64,000 nucleotides of DNA from Pecten maximus (Eukaryota), in contig NC_047023.1 in assembly GCF_902652985.1 (NCBI RefSeq), forward strand, positions 26,784,001-26,848,000, written 5' to 3'. How positions within the stretch are numbered: position 1 is the stretch's first letter; every line of letters begins with the position of its first letter. The notes under the pieces were generated by a model. The model saw nothing but the letters and a program-made list of their open reading frames with translations. It was not told the origin of the DNA and searched no databases. The translations under genes were made by a program, and so were the position numbers. Below, one piece after another: positions 51,301-64,000 of this stretch.

Positions 51301-54300
51301 AAACTTTTTTTAAATATGTAGTTCTGAATAATAATTTAAGCATCCTTAATATTGTTAACGTTCATCGCATGGTTAGTCTTAAAACTCAATCTGTATGATG
51401 AGTAAAATGTTGTGTTTCAATAGCCTTTATTACAAATCAATATAAAAAAAAAAAATGATATACAAGCATATTACTATTTTTACACAAAAGTCTTTCAACA
51501 CGTGGCTAGGGTTCTTATGTTTAGGATTGAATGAATCTAAGAAATCAAGCCAGCAATTTAATAATAGCCAATGGCTTGTGGGAACAATTTGGGTTAGAAT
51601 AGACATGTTTTCTGTATTGTTTAAAATGTCATTCCGTCTCTGTATTGGTGTGCCATACCAAGTTGTGGGTAACATATTGTCTGGTTGTAGTCACCATAGT
51701 ACAACATACTGTTTGAAGGTGACCCTATATATCAAACAGCTAGTATTATCAGACATAAACTTCTATATATCGTATTTACTCACACAAACTTTCCATCGCT
51801 TTGTAGTTACCGCAGTGGATGATATGAACCTCATTTTCCGGCCGATGGATTTTTTCCATATAGTCTGCAATAAAAAGAATACTTAGTGTGTAATATATGT
51901 CAGGTAAGGTAATGTGTGTATATATATGCCAGATAAAGTATTGTGTAAATATATAGATATACAGTATATATGCCAGGTAAAGTATTGTGTAAACATATGC
52001 GATGTAGGGTATGGTGTATATACCTATGCCAGGTGAGGTATGGTGTATATAAATGCCATGTGAGGTATAGTGTGTGTATATATATGACAGGTAAGGTATG
52101 GTGTATATATATGTGCCAGGTGAGGTATGGTGTATATATATATGACAGGTGAGGTATGGTGTGTGTATATATGACAGGTAAGGTATGGTGTGTGTATATA
52201 TGACAGGTGAGGTATGGTGTATATATATATGACAGGTGAGGTATGGTGTGTATATATATGACAGGTAAGGTATGGTGTATATATATATGACAGGTGAGGT
52301 ATAGTGTGTATATATATATATGCCAGGTGAGGTATGGTGTGTATTTATATGCCAGGTAAGGTATGGTGTATATATATATGCCAGGTAAGGTATGGTTTAT
52401 ATATATATGACAGGTAAGGTATGGTGTATAAATATATGCCAGGTGAGGTATGGTGTATAAATATATGCCAGGTGAGGTATGGTGTATATATATATGACAG
52501 GTGAGGTATGGTTTATATATATATGACAGGTAAGGTATGGTGTATAAATATATGCCAGGTGAGGTATGGTGTATATATATATGACAGGTGAGGTATGGTG
52601 TATATATATATGACAGGGGAGGTATGGTGTATACCGTATATCGGGTTTTTTTTAGCGAGTGTCTAATTTTCGCTATTTTCGCGACCAGACTGACAATTCG
52701 ACAACGAGCCCCTGTTTGACGACAGTGACAATTTTATTACTTCCTATATATCAGGAATAGAGCTTATAATAATGTTGTGTCGAGTCGGTCGACTTCATTT
52801 TTTCTATTATTAAATTTTACTCTCACAACTTGCTTTGCTTTTTTTGTGGTGGTTTATGTAGATAAATGCTAGCGTTCGAAATCTCTCCTGGCTGAATGTA
52901 ACTGGGGACCATTGTTTTGACCAGCAACACCTGGGGCTGTATCCCTACTCTGACCGAATCACTGTAAATTGTAGTATACAGTCTCATGAATACAATTTGG
53001 TTTACTAACGACATATAGGCAAATATATATGACAGGTGAGGTATGGTATATATATATATGACAGGTGAGGTATGGTATACATATATATGACAGGTGAGGT
53101 ATGGTATATATATATATGCCAGGTAAGGTATGGTGTGTGTATATATAACAAGTGAGGTATGGTGTTTGTATATATGCCAGGTCAAGTGTCGTGTATATAT
53201 ATATGCCAGGGGAGGTATGGTGTATATATATATATATGCCAGGTGAGGTATGGTGCGATTCATTTTCACAGTATTACAGAATATACCAAACGATTCGGTG
53301 TTTATTTAAGCATTGAACGGCTTTCAGTTGGCATTCATATTGACTATGAATGCCAACTGAAAGCCGTTCAATGCTTATATTTACCATCTGCGATTTTTTA
53401 TTTGTCGTGCGATTTTTTTCAAATTCAAATTTCAGTTGGCAGTTCATAAGCTGGTGAACTCGCAACTGAATTGGTAGGGTTATATAGTGGCAGTGCCATA
53501 CAATGGTAAATATTTATAGATAAATGCAAGTATCTTTTCATATATTACAACATATACCTTATATTTTGTTGATTTTTCCTGTAGTTTTAATATAGTAAAT
53601 GAAGGAGCATCAATAGAGTAGTAGTGCATTATGTCATAAATACCTGTATAAGTGCATACATGTACCCAGTGATCACTAACAACATGTGAGACTATAAAGA
53701 ATAGTGATCAACGATTGATTAAATCATGTATGTACTCCCTCGTTACTTGTTCCATATGTTTAACAATACACAAGTTCTCGAGTGAATTGATTCCTTCTTC
53801 TATTTATGTTTTGTGTTTTGTTTCTATTTCTGTACAATTTCTGCAAAGATTGATTTTGCGTCTAACAATATTATTTCTTAAAGGCTTGTCTAAACTGAGA
53901 GCAATTTCTAAGTAATTGGCGAGACAGGAAATTTTACAACACTGATATGTGAGCAAAAACTGCATAAGTCGTATAAATGGCAGTAAATAAACTAAGGACT
54001 CTGTTACAATTAGTCTTACCCCATGGCAGATCCATTCAATTCAGCGTTAATTTTACATGAAATGCTGCACACAACTGGTATTTAAGATAAAAAAGCATGG
54101 AGATCGTAGCTAAAAGCACCCTGCTTCTAAATAAGAACCAGTAAGCAGTTGTTACAGTGATTTATGAATAGAGAACATTATCAAAGTCATAGATGTGGTG
54201 TACATATGCATTGCAACTTAATTGCAGACGGTTATCGACATTTTAATGTTAACTCATCCCTAAAGTATATACACATATGCGATATCTTTGTATTAAATCA

Positions 54301-54463
54301 CATGATCAGTGATCAGGTACACGTAACGTTTTGTACCACAGGGGTGTTTATATATACGCATACTACATATCAAGGTGTATGACCAGTACTTACATTCTAG
54401 GGCGTAGTCGGAATGTTTACTCCCGTCCATGCATACAGCTACAGTGGTTTTCTTGTCCGCCAT
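48384..54463 (-). CDS. Universal stress protein A-like (USP-1), 4 exons, 164 aa, His-rich tail
   Basis: Exons 54463-54394, 51864-51784, 49157-49045 and 48614-48384 (70/81/113/231 nt, GT-AG, in phase). VAVCMDGSKHSDYALE; ATP-binding motif GSRGQGKIRRTFLGSVS; HAHVPVVVC. Confidence 0.93.
49954..50278. repeat. ~65-bp direct repeats (49954-50019, 50214-50278) around a possible Penelope-like pLTR remnant
   Basis: atagggtcta(g/t)taagtaataacgacggtataaaccaatat...gtactggatcctaacaaacaaat occurs twice. Confidence 0.65.
51886..53255. repeat. ~28-32-bp satellite (g[a/c]caggt[g/a]aggtatggtg(ta)n) split by a ~390-bp insertion
   Basis: Arrays at 51886-52632 and 53021-53255; the insert starts ta|ccgtatatcggg...aattttcgc, resembling a DNA-transposon end. 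Confidence 0.92.
53307..53377. repeat. Perfect 33-bp inverted repeat with 5-nt loop
   Basis: taagcattgaacggctttcagttggcattcata-ttgac-tatgaatgccaactgaaagccgttcaatgctta. Confidence 0.97.
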
Positions 54464-56259
54464 ACTGACCTCCAGTCTGTCGTCTGTTTTCTTCAGTACT
54501 GATAGCACACGTACAAAGAATTGTACAAATATATTCGAAATATGTGTACCTGTTGGCGTTTATTTGGGCAATATCCACAGGTGAACGAGAGACGGTTTGA
54601 TAGCCCAGGTTAAATGGTTTATATATGTATAGTGGACGGGCAGTCTGTGTACGTGGTCAGTCTTACAACGTTAACACCAACGGAATCATTGAGACACACA
54701 CACACACCAGACGCCGATGTACAATATGTTATGTTCTACACATTTAACTTAACATTGCGCATGTAGGTCAAGGGTATGTCGTTAGTAGGACAATATGGCG
54801 ATTCCACATTGTTGTTGTTCATTGGATAGGCAATGACGCAAGCCAAAATAAATCTTCATTCAAATGACTTTAATCTTGTGTAATGTATCCCCAATATTAC
54901 GTAGATTTACTGTATTATGAACATGTGTAACCTTGCTTCTCTTCACTCGACCTAGAGGACGTTTTCACCTACTATCTGGCTTACTACGTATCAATATATC
55001 ATATCTAAATATGTTATCTATCGATAGATTAGATAAGTACATTGTACGTAGATCGTTTATGCAGGTGAATGATTTACAATCTAATTTTAATGTTTTTAAT
55101 ATATATTTCAAATAAATGAAAACATACATTTTAATATATATCATATATATTATACTTAACCTTTAATATCTTCAATACCTAGAAAACTACAGTGTATTTA
55201 AAGACAGAAACTGTATTTGATAATCGCTATACATGTAAAAGTGACAGAAGGGACGTGTTATCATTTTTGAAAGGTTTAAGTGAAATTGAGGATATGATTA
55301 ACAGGCTTAAAATGTTATCATTGTGTATATCTTTAACACCTTTCAGTAAATTTAGTCCTTTAAATATATCGTCTAAGCTGCTTGCGTGTTTTCATCAAAT
55401 TACCATCCTTTAAACTGTAAAAGACTTAGTAGACATCAATATCTGAAACTTATAAAACATAAACAGTTTTATCGTGACGGTACTATGTAGAAATGATCGA
55501 CACATATAAAACCGTTTACACCAGTTGACTTGATTATAGAAACATTGTCTTTAACAGCTGTATAAGGTCCTGAATATGTATCAATATTATCTAAAAAATC
55601 TAAATACACGAAACTATAACTCGAACACAAAATCGATAAACCGGTGGAAAATATAAACCAATATATTTCTTTGTAGGATAGCATTTGTTACACAAGGGAT
55701 ATAACTCAATGATTATCTACTGATTATTTATCATATAATTTATCAGTTACTTCATACTGGTATGTGTTATCATCTGCTATATTTTAATTCATTTGTTTCC
55801 AATGTCACTAAAAATGACCTAGTCGATTACGTTGTGATTAGGAAATATGCATGCAACATGTACTTCGACATGGGATTCATATTTACAGATTCATGTTGTC
55901 AACGTTGTCTAAAAATTCAAGGATACAAACCATGTAGGATTTATTCATAAATGTACAATTATGAATTAAGTTTGATATGATTAATTAACTACACATTTTA
56001 TGAGGGATTCCTACGCATCAATTGTGTTACTATGTTATATATATTTTTACATATGATTTAGCATCACAAGAATATAAGTCAGAAACAAAACTGGAGTCGG
56101 GTAAATAAAATTTGACTTTATTGATATTAAGTCGTAGCAGTGATACATTCAACTCATTCATTTGTAAAAGATTCAAAACCAAGTACAGAGTACTTTGGTT
56201 AATTCGGCCACTTATTATTTGTATAATTTGCTTTAGGACGGCACTGGCTAAGGCTAGAT

Positions 56260-56530
56260 ATATAGAGGATATCTAGTAATACCAAATGTATTTCATAAGT
56301 GGGGCTAATATTTTGATATTTTTCACGAGTGTGCAGCACGAGTAAGAAGTATCAAAATATAAGCCACAAGAGTGAAATATATTTAGTATCACTGAAGATA
56401 CTGTTAGATGTTCTGTTAAGTACATATATATCTTATAAGTTTTTAATTTTCCCAACTGTCGTTTGTAATAAGTCTTTTGATTGGTCAAAACAGAAAAGTG
56501 ATATTTTTTTACTTGTAAATGTACTATATA
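56260..56530. mobile_element. Palindromic (foldback) element, copy 2
   Basis: Shares tatagaggatatct, gtggggctaatattttgatatttttcacgagtg.gcagcacga and ttgattggtcaaa...aaaagtgatatttt with the copy at 28651. Confidence 0.75.
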
Positions 56531-57416
56531 TATATATATATGTAACAAACATAACAACCTCGAAAGGAAACAGAAAGTCCGGAAGGGGATTTAGTAATAA
56601 GAACATGTTTCGATATTTTTCGATACAGTTCACTCGCATTGGGACGCGATGAGTCTGACGGAATCTACTTTTGCAGTGATCATTTTTATGGTACATTTGT
56701 TTTATTACCCCAGCAGGAAAAACTTTAAATGTGTGTATACAATTATGGCAAAGCAATAATTGTGTACACACATCCTCAATTGGACCAATTAAGGACTTTT
56801 GTAGTGATAGTAATAAGATGGAACGGGATTATTATGGTTTTCGGTTTAGGTCAGTATAATTAAAGATCGGTTTGCTGCATGTCGATAACAAGTGCATTCA
56901 ATAGGTTGATAGAGGAAGGCAAGAACGAGTTTAGTACATACATATAATTTGATACAATTCATTACCGAGTCAGGTATTATAAGGGTGAATATCAGAGTGA
57001 TGGGCAGTGAACATATAAGTTTAATAGGTGGGACACTGACCATATTATTTATAACACATGGATAGATAGCTAATTTATAGGTCCCCATTACAATGTTGAA
57101 AAATATTTCATTTATTTCATTATTTTTGTTTCTTCTTTTTGTTGTTTGTTTTGTTTCTGTTGTTTTTGTTTTTTGTTATCTGAACAGAATTTGATGTTTG
57201 TGTTGTAGATGATTACCTGACACCGATACAATGAGGTACTGATTTTCGTTATCAGTTAAGGCTTGGTACAGTATCAGTAAATTTCTATCTATTATATATA
57301 TTTTAAGAAACGTAATATCGTATCAGCTGACACTCTTCGTCTACGACACATCCTGGTTGTCTATCGACTTATTATGTATAGTTACATTAGTAAACCACCA
57401 TTATCAGTCGTAATTG

Positions 57417-60400
57417 TCACATATCTTGTGGATGCTTACAAACCAGGACCGGCACATGCGCATGATGAATGAGATAATCCGATATGCTTCCTAGAAATGT
57501 TCTTCGAACGGTACCAACACCACGCGACCCGACAACAATCATGGAGGCATGGATTTCCTTTGATTTTTCCACAAGCGCGTGACCCGGATGTCCATGGACC
57601 TTGATGATTTCTGCACTCAACTGCAAATGGAATGATAACTGCGTGTATACATGTAATTTAAAAATTAGATTTACGTCTAAGTACTTGAATATTTATCGAT
57701 GAAGATTACATAATGATAATAGCTGATGTATAGATAAGTAGATCGCAGATACGAATTATGAAGTCAGTAGAATTCCATGAACTTTCATTCTCACTTTTGA
57801 TTACTTTGACATGAGTCATGCCAATTCCAGTTCATATTATTTGATACCCTTCAACCATGATCACTAATGGTGACCTTCACATTTTCATTTAATTTGTATA
57901 CTCTCCCTGTAAATACTTTTTCATATACGTCAATGCATTACGTACATGTTATTCTCTATTTTATCATTTTATGAAGGTTATCGATTGCCCTTTAATGTTG
58001 GATACGCAAAGACTGTGTTTGCATGCAATAATATAATCTCCCTTTACCTTTCTGTGGGTAATGTATGGTCTATGGTTTTAGGTTAAGTAATAACCTAGTT
58101 GAACCGGACTTACCTGAAGGTCACTGATGGTGTCTTTGACGTGAGCTACCACCTTGCTGATTCTCGCGATATCTTCATCGATCATGGTCTGGAGAACAGC
58201 AGGATCAGAAGGCGCCATCGAGAACTCTAACAATAACAATATATTAGCAATATGATAAAAGGCAGGAAACATTGTACTCCACATGGCCATTCAGAGAATC
58301 ACAACGGTGATATAGCTATCAGCATTCATTATAAATGACGGAATACCTAGGTGAAAGGTGTGTATAAAAAACATACAGGTCAATAGCGACTTTCAATAAA
58401 CCCAATATTGAATATTAAACTGAATTGTGTAGATGTTTTGTCCAAATGTGACCTTTCAGAAATACAAGGGACAGAACATTGGCAAAGGGCTGTCACGAGA
58501 ATCGGCCATGGTCTTACGTAATGTTATGATATAGAAGAGAACTACACGTACTCTCGAATTCAATCTTGTTCGTTCATTTTGCACGGATTCTGAACACTTC
58601 TAAAAAAACCTTTCAACGGTAATGTATATTTAGAATCGGTGTCAGTATTTATAAGAATTTAGACATGCCAAACCTTGAGGAGTAAAGATAATGGTATGTC
58701 TTTAACCATATTGGTGACTACTCACTGTTCCAGTATTCACTGTGGTAGTGTGCACAATGTACGGCATACACCCTGTTGTTGGGCTGGTGGACATGGTCCC
58801 TGTAGTCTGTAGAGATGAATTGAAAGTGTTCTAATCGGGAGGCAATTATCTATATATCGTGATTTTACATTTCTGATTAATATCGACAAGCCGTATTGAT
58901 TTCACTTACATTGAAATAATATCTTCATAAAACTGGAACACTACTCTTTGAGAAGCAACACTGTAAACAAGGCCAATATAACAAAATCAATTTCGATATT
59001 TGATATGTCTCTTCCTGCTAAGAGCGTGAGTGATTGCAGTATGTACACTTAAAGCAACCGCACTGTCAATGCTCTCAGGGGAATACCTTTTTATGATGGG
59101 AGTGATCTATATCCTGTCTGATAATGGCTGAAGGCAGCTCTGATTTACAGATTCGTGTGACATAACATTTGTCTCCTGTCGTACATATACCCAGCTTGGT
59201 AGACTATATGTGGGCTTTGATTAAACACGACTGAACATTGAATAATATGTTTGCTCTTTTTTGAAACTGAACCTTATCGTTACAATCACAGGGCACATTC
59301 TAGCCATATAACGACTAGTGGTAAGCCAAATTGCGACTGACTAAAAGCCAGCAGTAATTGCAGCGAATGTCAAGGTCATATAACCATGATGGCGGATATC
59401 AATACCAACACAGTGCAATGGAACAAACAACTCAATTAAGTCTGTGAATTACCCCGAATCAAAACAGAGTCTGAAGCAATATCCCATCAGCATCTTCTGT
59501 ACCGCAGTAGCATACATGAGGCTAGTTAATCTTTAAGAATCTTAAGAAGTATTGTTAGCATCAATTACGAAATCGTGTGTTTTAACGAATGTTTTACGCG
59601 TGGTCACTACTGTTTCCATGTTGGATTAATTAAGGACGGCACCCATACACACATAATGATTCATACAAAGTCCGTTATGGAATATTTTTACATTTGTAAA
59701 TTGATGCAGGTATTTAAAACAGTAAATATTCTGTGGACCATATCGTCATTCCCTTAATACTATATTAGCATTTTGAACAAACCTTTATGACATTCTTAAT
59801 TTTCTCATCTGACAAGTTTATGACGCCTTTATCGGAAAGGTTCTATCTTATCAAACAGAACATACATTTATCAATGTATCTTATTTGCATGATTCGGAAA
59901 TATCGCGATGAACTCAGATGGTCAAAAATTTGACGTCACGTGATCGCTCTGTTTAGGGTCAGATGATCCGAATAATTGTATTTATGAATATAAACATAAT
60001 TAAAGAAAGAGGCGGTGAACAATGTCACATTTACATTAAAATAGATTAAATTAAACATACATTTATCCATTTATGACACGCAAAGTTTACTACTATATAT
60101 ACATATCTCCATAGACCATAGATAAAAAAAACCTATGCTGCATTCCTTGTATATCTATGAATCGGATCGGATCGAATAACGACACCGACCGTACATCAGT
60201 GGGTGGATAACAGAGATACTCTATAGGTACTCAATGCACTCGTGTATTGAGTATGTAACAGCATGCAGCTAGGTGTGATTGCAATTAGTATTTGAACAGG
60301 GTGCTCTAGATAATTGTGTGTAAAAGGTACTGCTTTTCCAACCTGACTGCTTAACAACTCACACATTCATACGCACGTGCACGCATATATAAGTAAATTT

Positions 60401-60476
60401 ACTTACATTTAAGTGCGTAATCCGAGTGTTTACTGCCATCCATACAGATCAACACAACCAATCGTTGTTCGGACAT
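57417..60476 (-). CDS. Universal stress protein A-like (USP-2), 4 exons, 155 aa
   Basis: Exons 60476-60407, 58806-58726, 58226-58114 and 57620-57417 (70/81/113/204 nt). LICMDGSKHSDYALK; GSRGVGTVRRTFLGSIS; HAHVPVLVC. Confidence 0.93.
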
Positions 60477-61603
60477 CTTGTTTTTCTGTTCACTTGGCAA
60501 TGGAAAATGAACTGTATATTCATCAAAACTACTTCAAAGCCTCTTTCGACAGCTTAACAAGCGTAATGCATTACGAAGTCAGTGCATCGTTTGTGAAGCA
60601 TATAAATATCCACGATCGATGAATCCTCATAATCTCATCTGTCCATTTATATACAGTACATGTTGATAATGGTCGTGACCGAGCGCTGCTTTGTCTGTAA
60701 AATCAAATCACGATTGCATATATAGCTAGTGCGTTAATTATACACTTCTCCTTTGGGATGTCTGGATCACGTAGCTAGGTGACGTACTTAATGAGAACTG
60801 TTTCATGTTCGACTTCGGACAATGTGATCGCGCTGTGTCAAAGTACTAGATTGGGAACCATGGTATGATACTACAGCACACAGCGCACAATGCGCGCGCG
60901 TTCTGTACAATTCACATCCATGGGGTCGGCTCATTCATCACAGTAGCATCTGTTATTGGCAAGAACCTCGAGGCGATCTACATCCCGAAACTTATAAAAT
61001 ATCTCTATTTTTGCTGTTTATTACAAGTACTCGGCCGAAAACTTATCATACTTACAAGTCGACTGACTTACCGCGAAGCATCTTTGTAGGACTGACGTTG
61101 TAAAGATAACCACGGTATTTTATGTACCACATACTGCTACAGTGAATTAGCACCTCAATAAATACTTCCAGAATACTACCGGAAGACGCTGTGTTCATAC
61201 GTTTTTGCACGCACACGGTTATTGTAATTTGTATCAAAGGTCATTCGCATACCTGACTTACAGGCGCTGTTCTGAATTCCAACATATCGGTAATATACTT
61301 GCCCACTGTGCTTGCATTTCATTACGAGATATAGCAACTATGAAGAGTATTTGTTTTCATTAAAAGGGATCTTTTTCACTCCCAACCGTTATTTACACAA
61401 ATCCGTTGTATTTAAGCTTTACATACAACCGACCATAACAATGTGCTGGCAATGTTCATTTATAATAGCATGGATACTATAATTGCCGTACAACTCAAGC
61501 ATCAGAGTAAAAATGTAACAGGAATAACACAACCATAAATCTGAAATTGTAACTAGTGTTTTATTTAAAAATCTACTCTAATTCTATACTGATGAGGACG
61601 TCA

Positions 61604-62988
61604 TCAATCGTGACGACAGACAAGTACAGGTGTATGAGAGTGATGGATTATGTAATCACTGACACTTCCCATCATCGTCCGCCGGATCTGTCCCAGACCT
61701 CGGCATCCGGTCACAATCAGATCCGCCTCGTATTCCGCTGCCGCCTTAACTATGGCTTCCCCCGCATCGCCACCGACTCTGAGAGTTTCTACTGCCACCT
61801 GTAAACAACAAGGTCAAATAAGGTCAAATGTCAATCATTAAATTACACCTCACACGGTCAAATATTTCAGCCTCTATTTCAAATATCTCTACGTGACATA
61901 TCCTTTTCGGATAGGTCTTTATTGCATGCAACATGCATAAATAAAGTAAAAGGAATAGCGTTCAGTTTATGTTGACTGTTAACACGGTTGCATTATATGC
62001 AATACAGCAATACATGTTTAATTAAAATTGTTAAATGTGACAAAAAAAACAGTATAACGAGAAGAGCTTGTATACAAATAAAATGTTACGACTCTGTTCG
62101 TAAAACAGGAACATCCCATTTGCAATTTGGAAGTCCGGAAATCGCCAGAAAATGTATCAAACTTATTCTTCATCGGTTTTATGTTGTATAAACATTACAC
62201 GTTTGATACAAATATTTGTGAGTAAACATCAGAACAAATTGTAAATGATGGTATACCCCGTGTTTCAGAGCTTCTGCCTCAAGTTTGTGCAGTAAATCAC
62301 TCGACTTCTTCTCTTCTTTTGCATATGCCTTCGTAATGGCGTCAGGATTTCCCGGTACCATGGACGCATCTTAGGAGAAATCAAACGCATAACAATGTTT
62401 AAAGTTCATGAGTTGTCAATACTATGAATAAAAGAAATTAAAGAAAACATGAACAAAAAAGTGTTTTATACAGGCAGTAAAACCAAACGGTAAGGTAGTC
62501 ATTTACTTAATCTGACACATATAGTTCGTATAGTACCTTTTTGATATCATTAATATTCATAAATCATACAATTGACTTATATTTTAAGTGTGCGGGTATC
62601 ATTTTCCCTTGCAATAAACGTTATCAAACCATCACAGGGGAACAGTTTACATAATAAATACATGACACTCAGGGGGCCGCAGTGGCCGAGGTGGCCGAGT
62701 GGTTAAGGTGTCCTGACATTTTATCAATAGACCTCCACCTCTGGGTCGCGAGTTCGAAACACACGTGGGGCCGTTGCCTGGAACTGACCGTAGGTCGGTG
62801 GTTTTATTACGGCTTTCCTCCACCTCCCAATACTGGGACTTCCTTTAGTGACCCTGGTTGTTAATAGGACGTTAAACAAATTAGACCGAATATATGATAC
62901 TCACGACCATAGGCAAATGCTGAAGAATGGTCGACACAAGTTATCAAGATGGCGCGGTCATTCTCCTTATGGACGTGCTTTGCGAACC
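61604..62988 (-). CDS. Universal stress protein A-like (USP-3), exons 2-4; exon 1 not found, probably beyond the window
   Basis: Exons 62988-62905, 62369-62257 and 61798-61604 (84/113/195 nt). GDAGEAIVKAAAEYEADLIVTGCRGLGQIRRTMMGSVSDYIIHHSHTPVLVC. Confidence 0.92.
62672..62888 (+). mobile_element. tRNA-derived V-domain SINE in USP-3 intron 2
   Basis: gggggccgcagtggccgaggtggccgagtggttaagg (duplicated A box); B box gagttcgaaac; end ctggttgttaataggacgttaaac; 15-bp TSD aatacatgacactca/aatatatgatactca. Confidence 0.88.
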
Positions 62989-63029
62989 CTGGAAATAACA
63001 TATTAAAAATACGATTTTGATTATCACAT

Positions 63030-63232
63030 TGTGAGTGTAGTGTTATGTGGTGTTTTATGGTATTGAATATTGTTGTGTAGTGTTGTGCAGTAGTGTGTAG
63101 TGTTGTGCTGTAGTGTATTGTAGTATTGTGAGGTGTTGTGAAACCTTGTGTAATGTTGTGCAGTAGTGTGTAGTGTTGTGCTGTAGTGTATTGTAGTATT
63201 GTGAGGTGTTGTGAAACCTTGTGTAGTGTTGC
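63030..63232. repeat. (TAGTG/TTGTG)n simple repeat with a higher-order duplication
   Basis: gtgtagtgttgtgctgtagtgtattgtagtattgtgaggtgttgtgaaaccttgtg occurs twice. Confidence 0.85.
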
Positions 63233-64000
63233 ATACTATTCATTCACCTTCAAGATATACCCCGAATTTCCTAAGACTGTTTTAATAAGAACTGTACCAG
63301 TTGTATTTCATCTTTGTCTGTAGGTTTTGAGATACAGTGCGATTCTGAAGAGAGCTCTACTGAGCTAATTATACTTTTTATGCATTAAAAAATTTCTTGT
63401 GCAATTGGTGTTAAGTACATAAAGGTTGAATACAAAGAAATCAAATCTGAAAATCAAAATATGTTTCTCTTTATTTGGTTTGACAGTATTCGTAATAATA
63501 AATACAAGCTATTACTTTTCTCCTAAAGTAGTTTTACATCAAACATTCTATAACTACATTACAATCATCGTAGATATTATATAGCATATGATATAAGCAA
63601 TATAAAGACCAAGCTATTAGTCATAGAACATTATACCAAAATAACATATCCAATATACTTATCATAAACCATAACTCATACAATATAATAAGATTGATTA
63701 ATTTGATTACGACACAAAAATAACAACGGAGCGCTTAGTAAAAGTGATAAAAGAGGGCAAAATATCACCAAAATATCATATATATATTCTATGGAGACCC
63801 TTTAAAAGTTCAAGGAGAATAAGACCATCGGGTGTTAGATTGCTTTTAAATTTACACTGTTCAGATATGATTGAAAATTTGTCTTTCTTACCTTCCCATT
63901 TAAATATATCAAGTAAAATTCGTGTCAATATTTAAAAGATTCTCGGCGAAGATAGACAACATAGTTCACAAATACAATATATTTTTAAATAAATCTGTGA

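Noticed and set aside
61585-61610. Hammerhead ribozyme at ctgatgaggacgtc
   Set aside because: No stem II followed by GAAA
48384-62988. Bacterial contamination or recent horizontal transfer of USP genes
   Set aside because: Spliceosomal introns at shared positions and host repeats inside the introns

Overview
AT-rich, intron-containing animal DNA. The SINE, HINE and LINE types and the intron-bearing USP cluster point to a bivalve mollusc (inference). In order: (1) last two coding exons of an HCN channel (+); (2) an apparently full-length but disabled CR1/L2-group LINE (7536-12957) between two copies of a ~1.15-kb host segment that includes a 33-bp minisatellite; (3) a complete six-exon GLMP/NCU-G1 gene (-, 427 aa); (4) a 5'-truncated relative of the same LINE; (5) a tandem pair of two-exon genes encoding GAREM-like CABIT + Pro-rich + SAM adaptors (532 and 545 aa) that differ in phosphotyrosine and SH3 docking motifs; (6) three tandem universal stress protein genes (-), two of them strongly His-rich. 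MITEs, V-type SINEs, a HINE, foldback elements and satellites are interspersed. Top leads: the kilobase-scale duplication around the LINE, the paired CABIT-SAM adaptors and the His-rich USPs. Gene models were spliced by hand from GT/AG sites and phase; family calls rest on motif recognition, not database searches.
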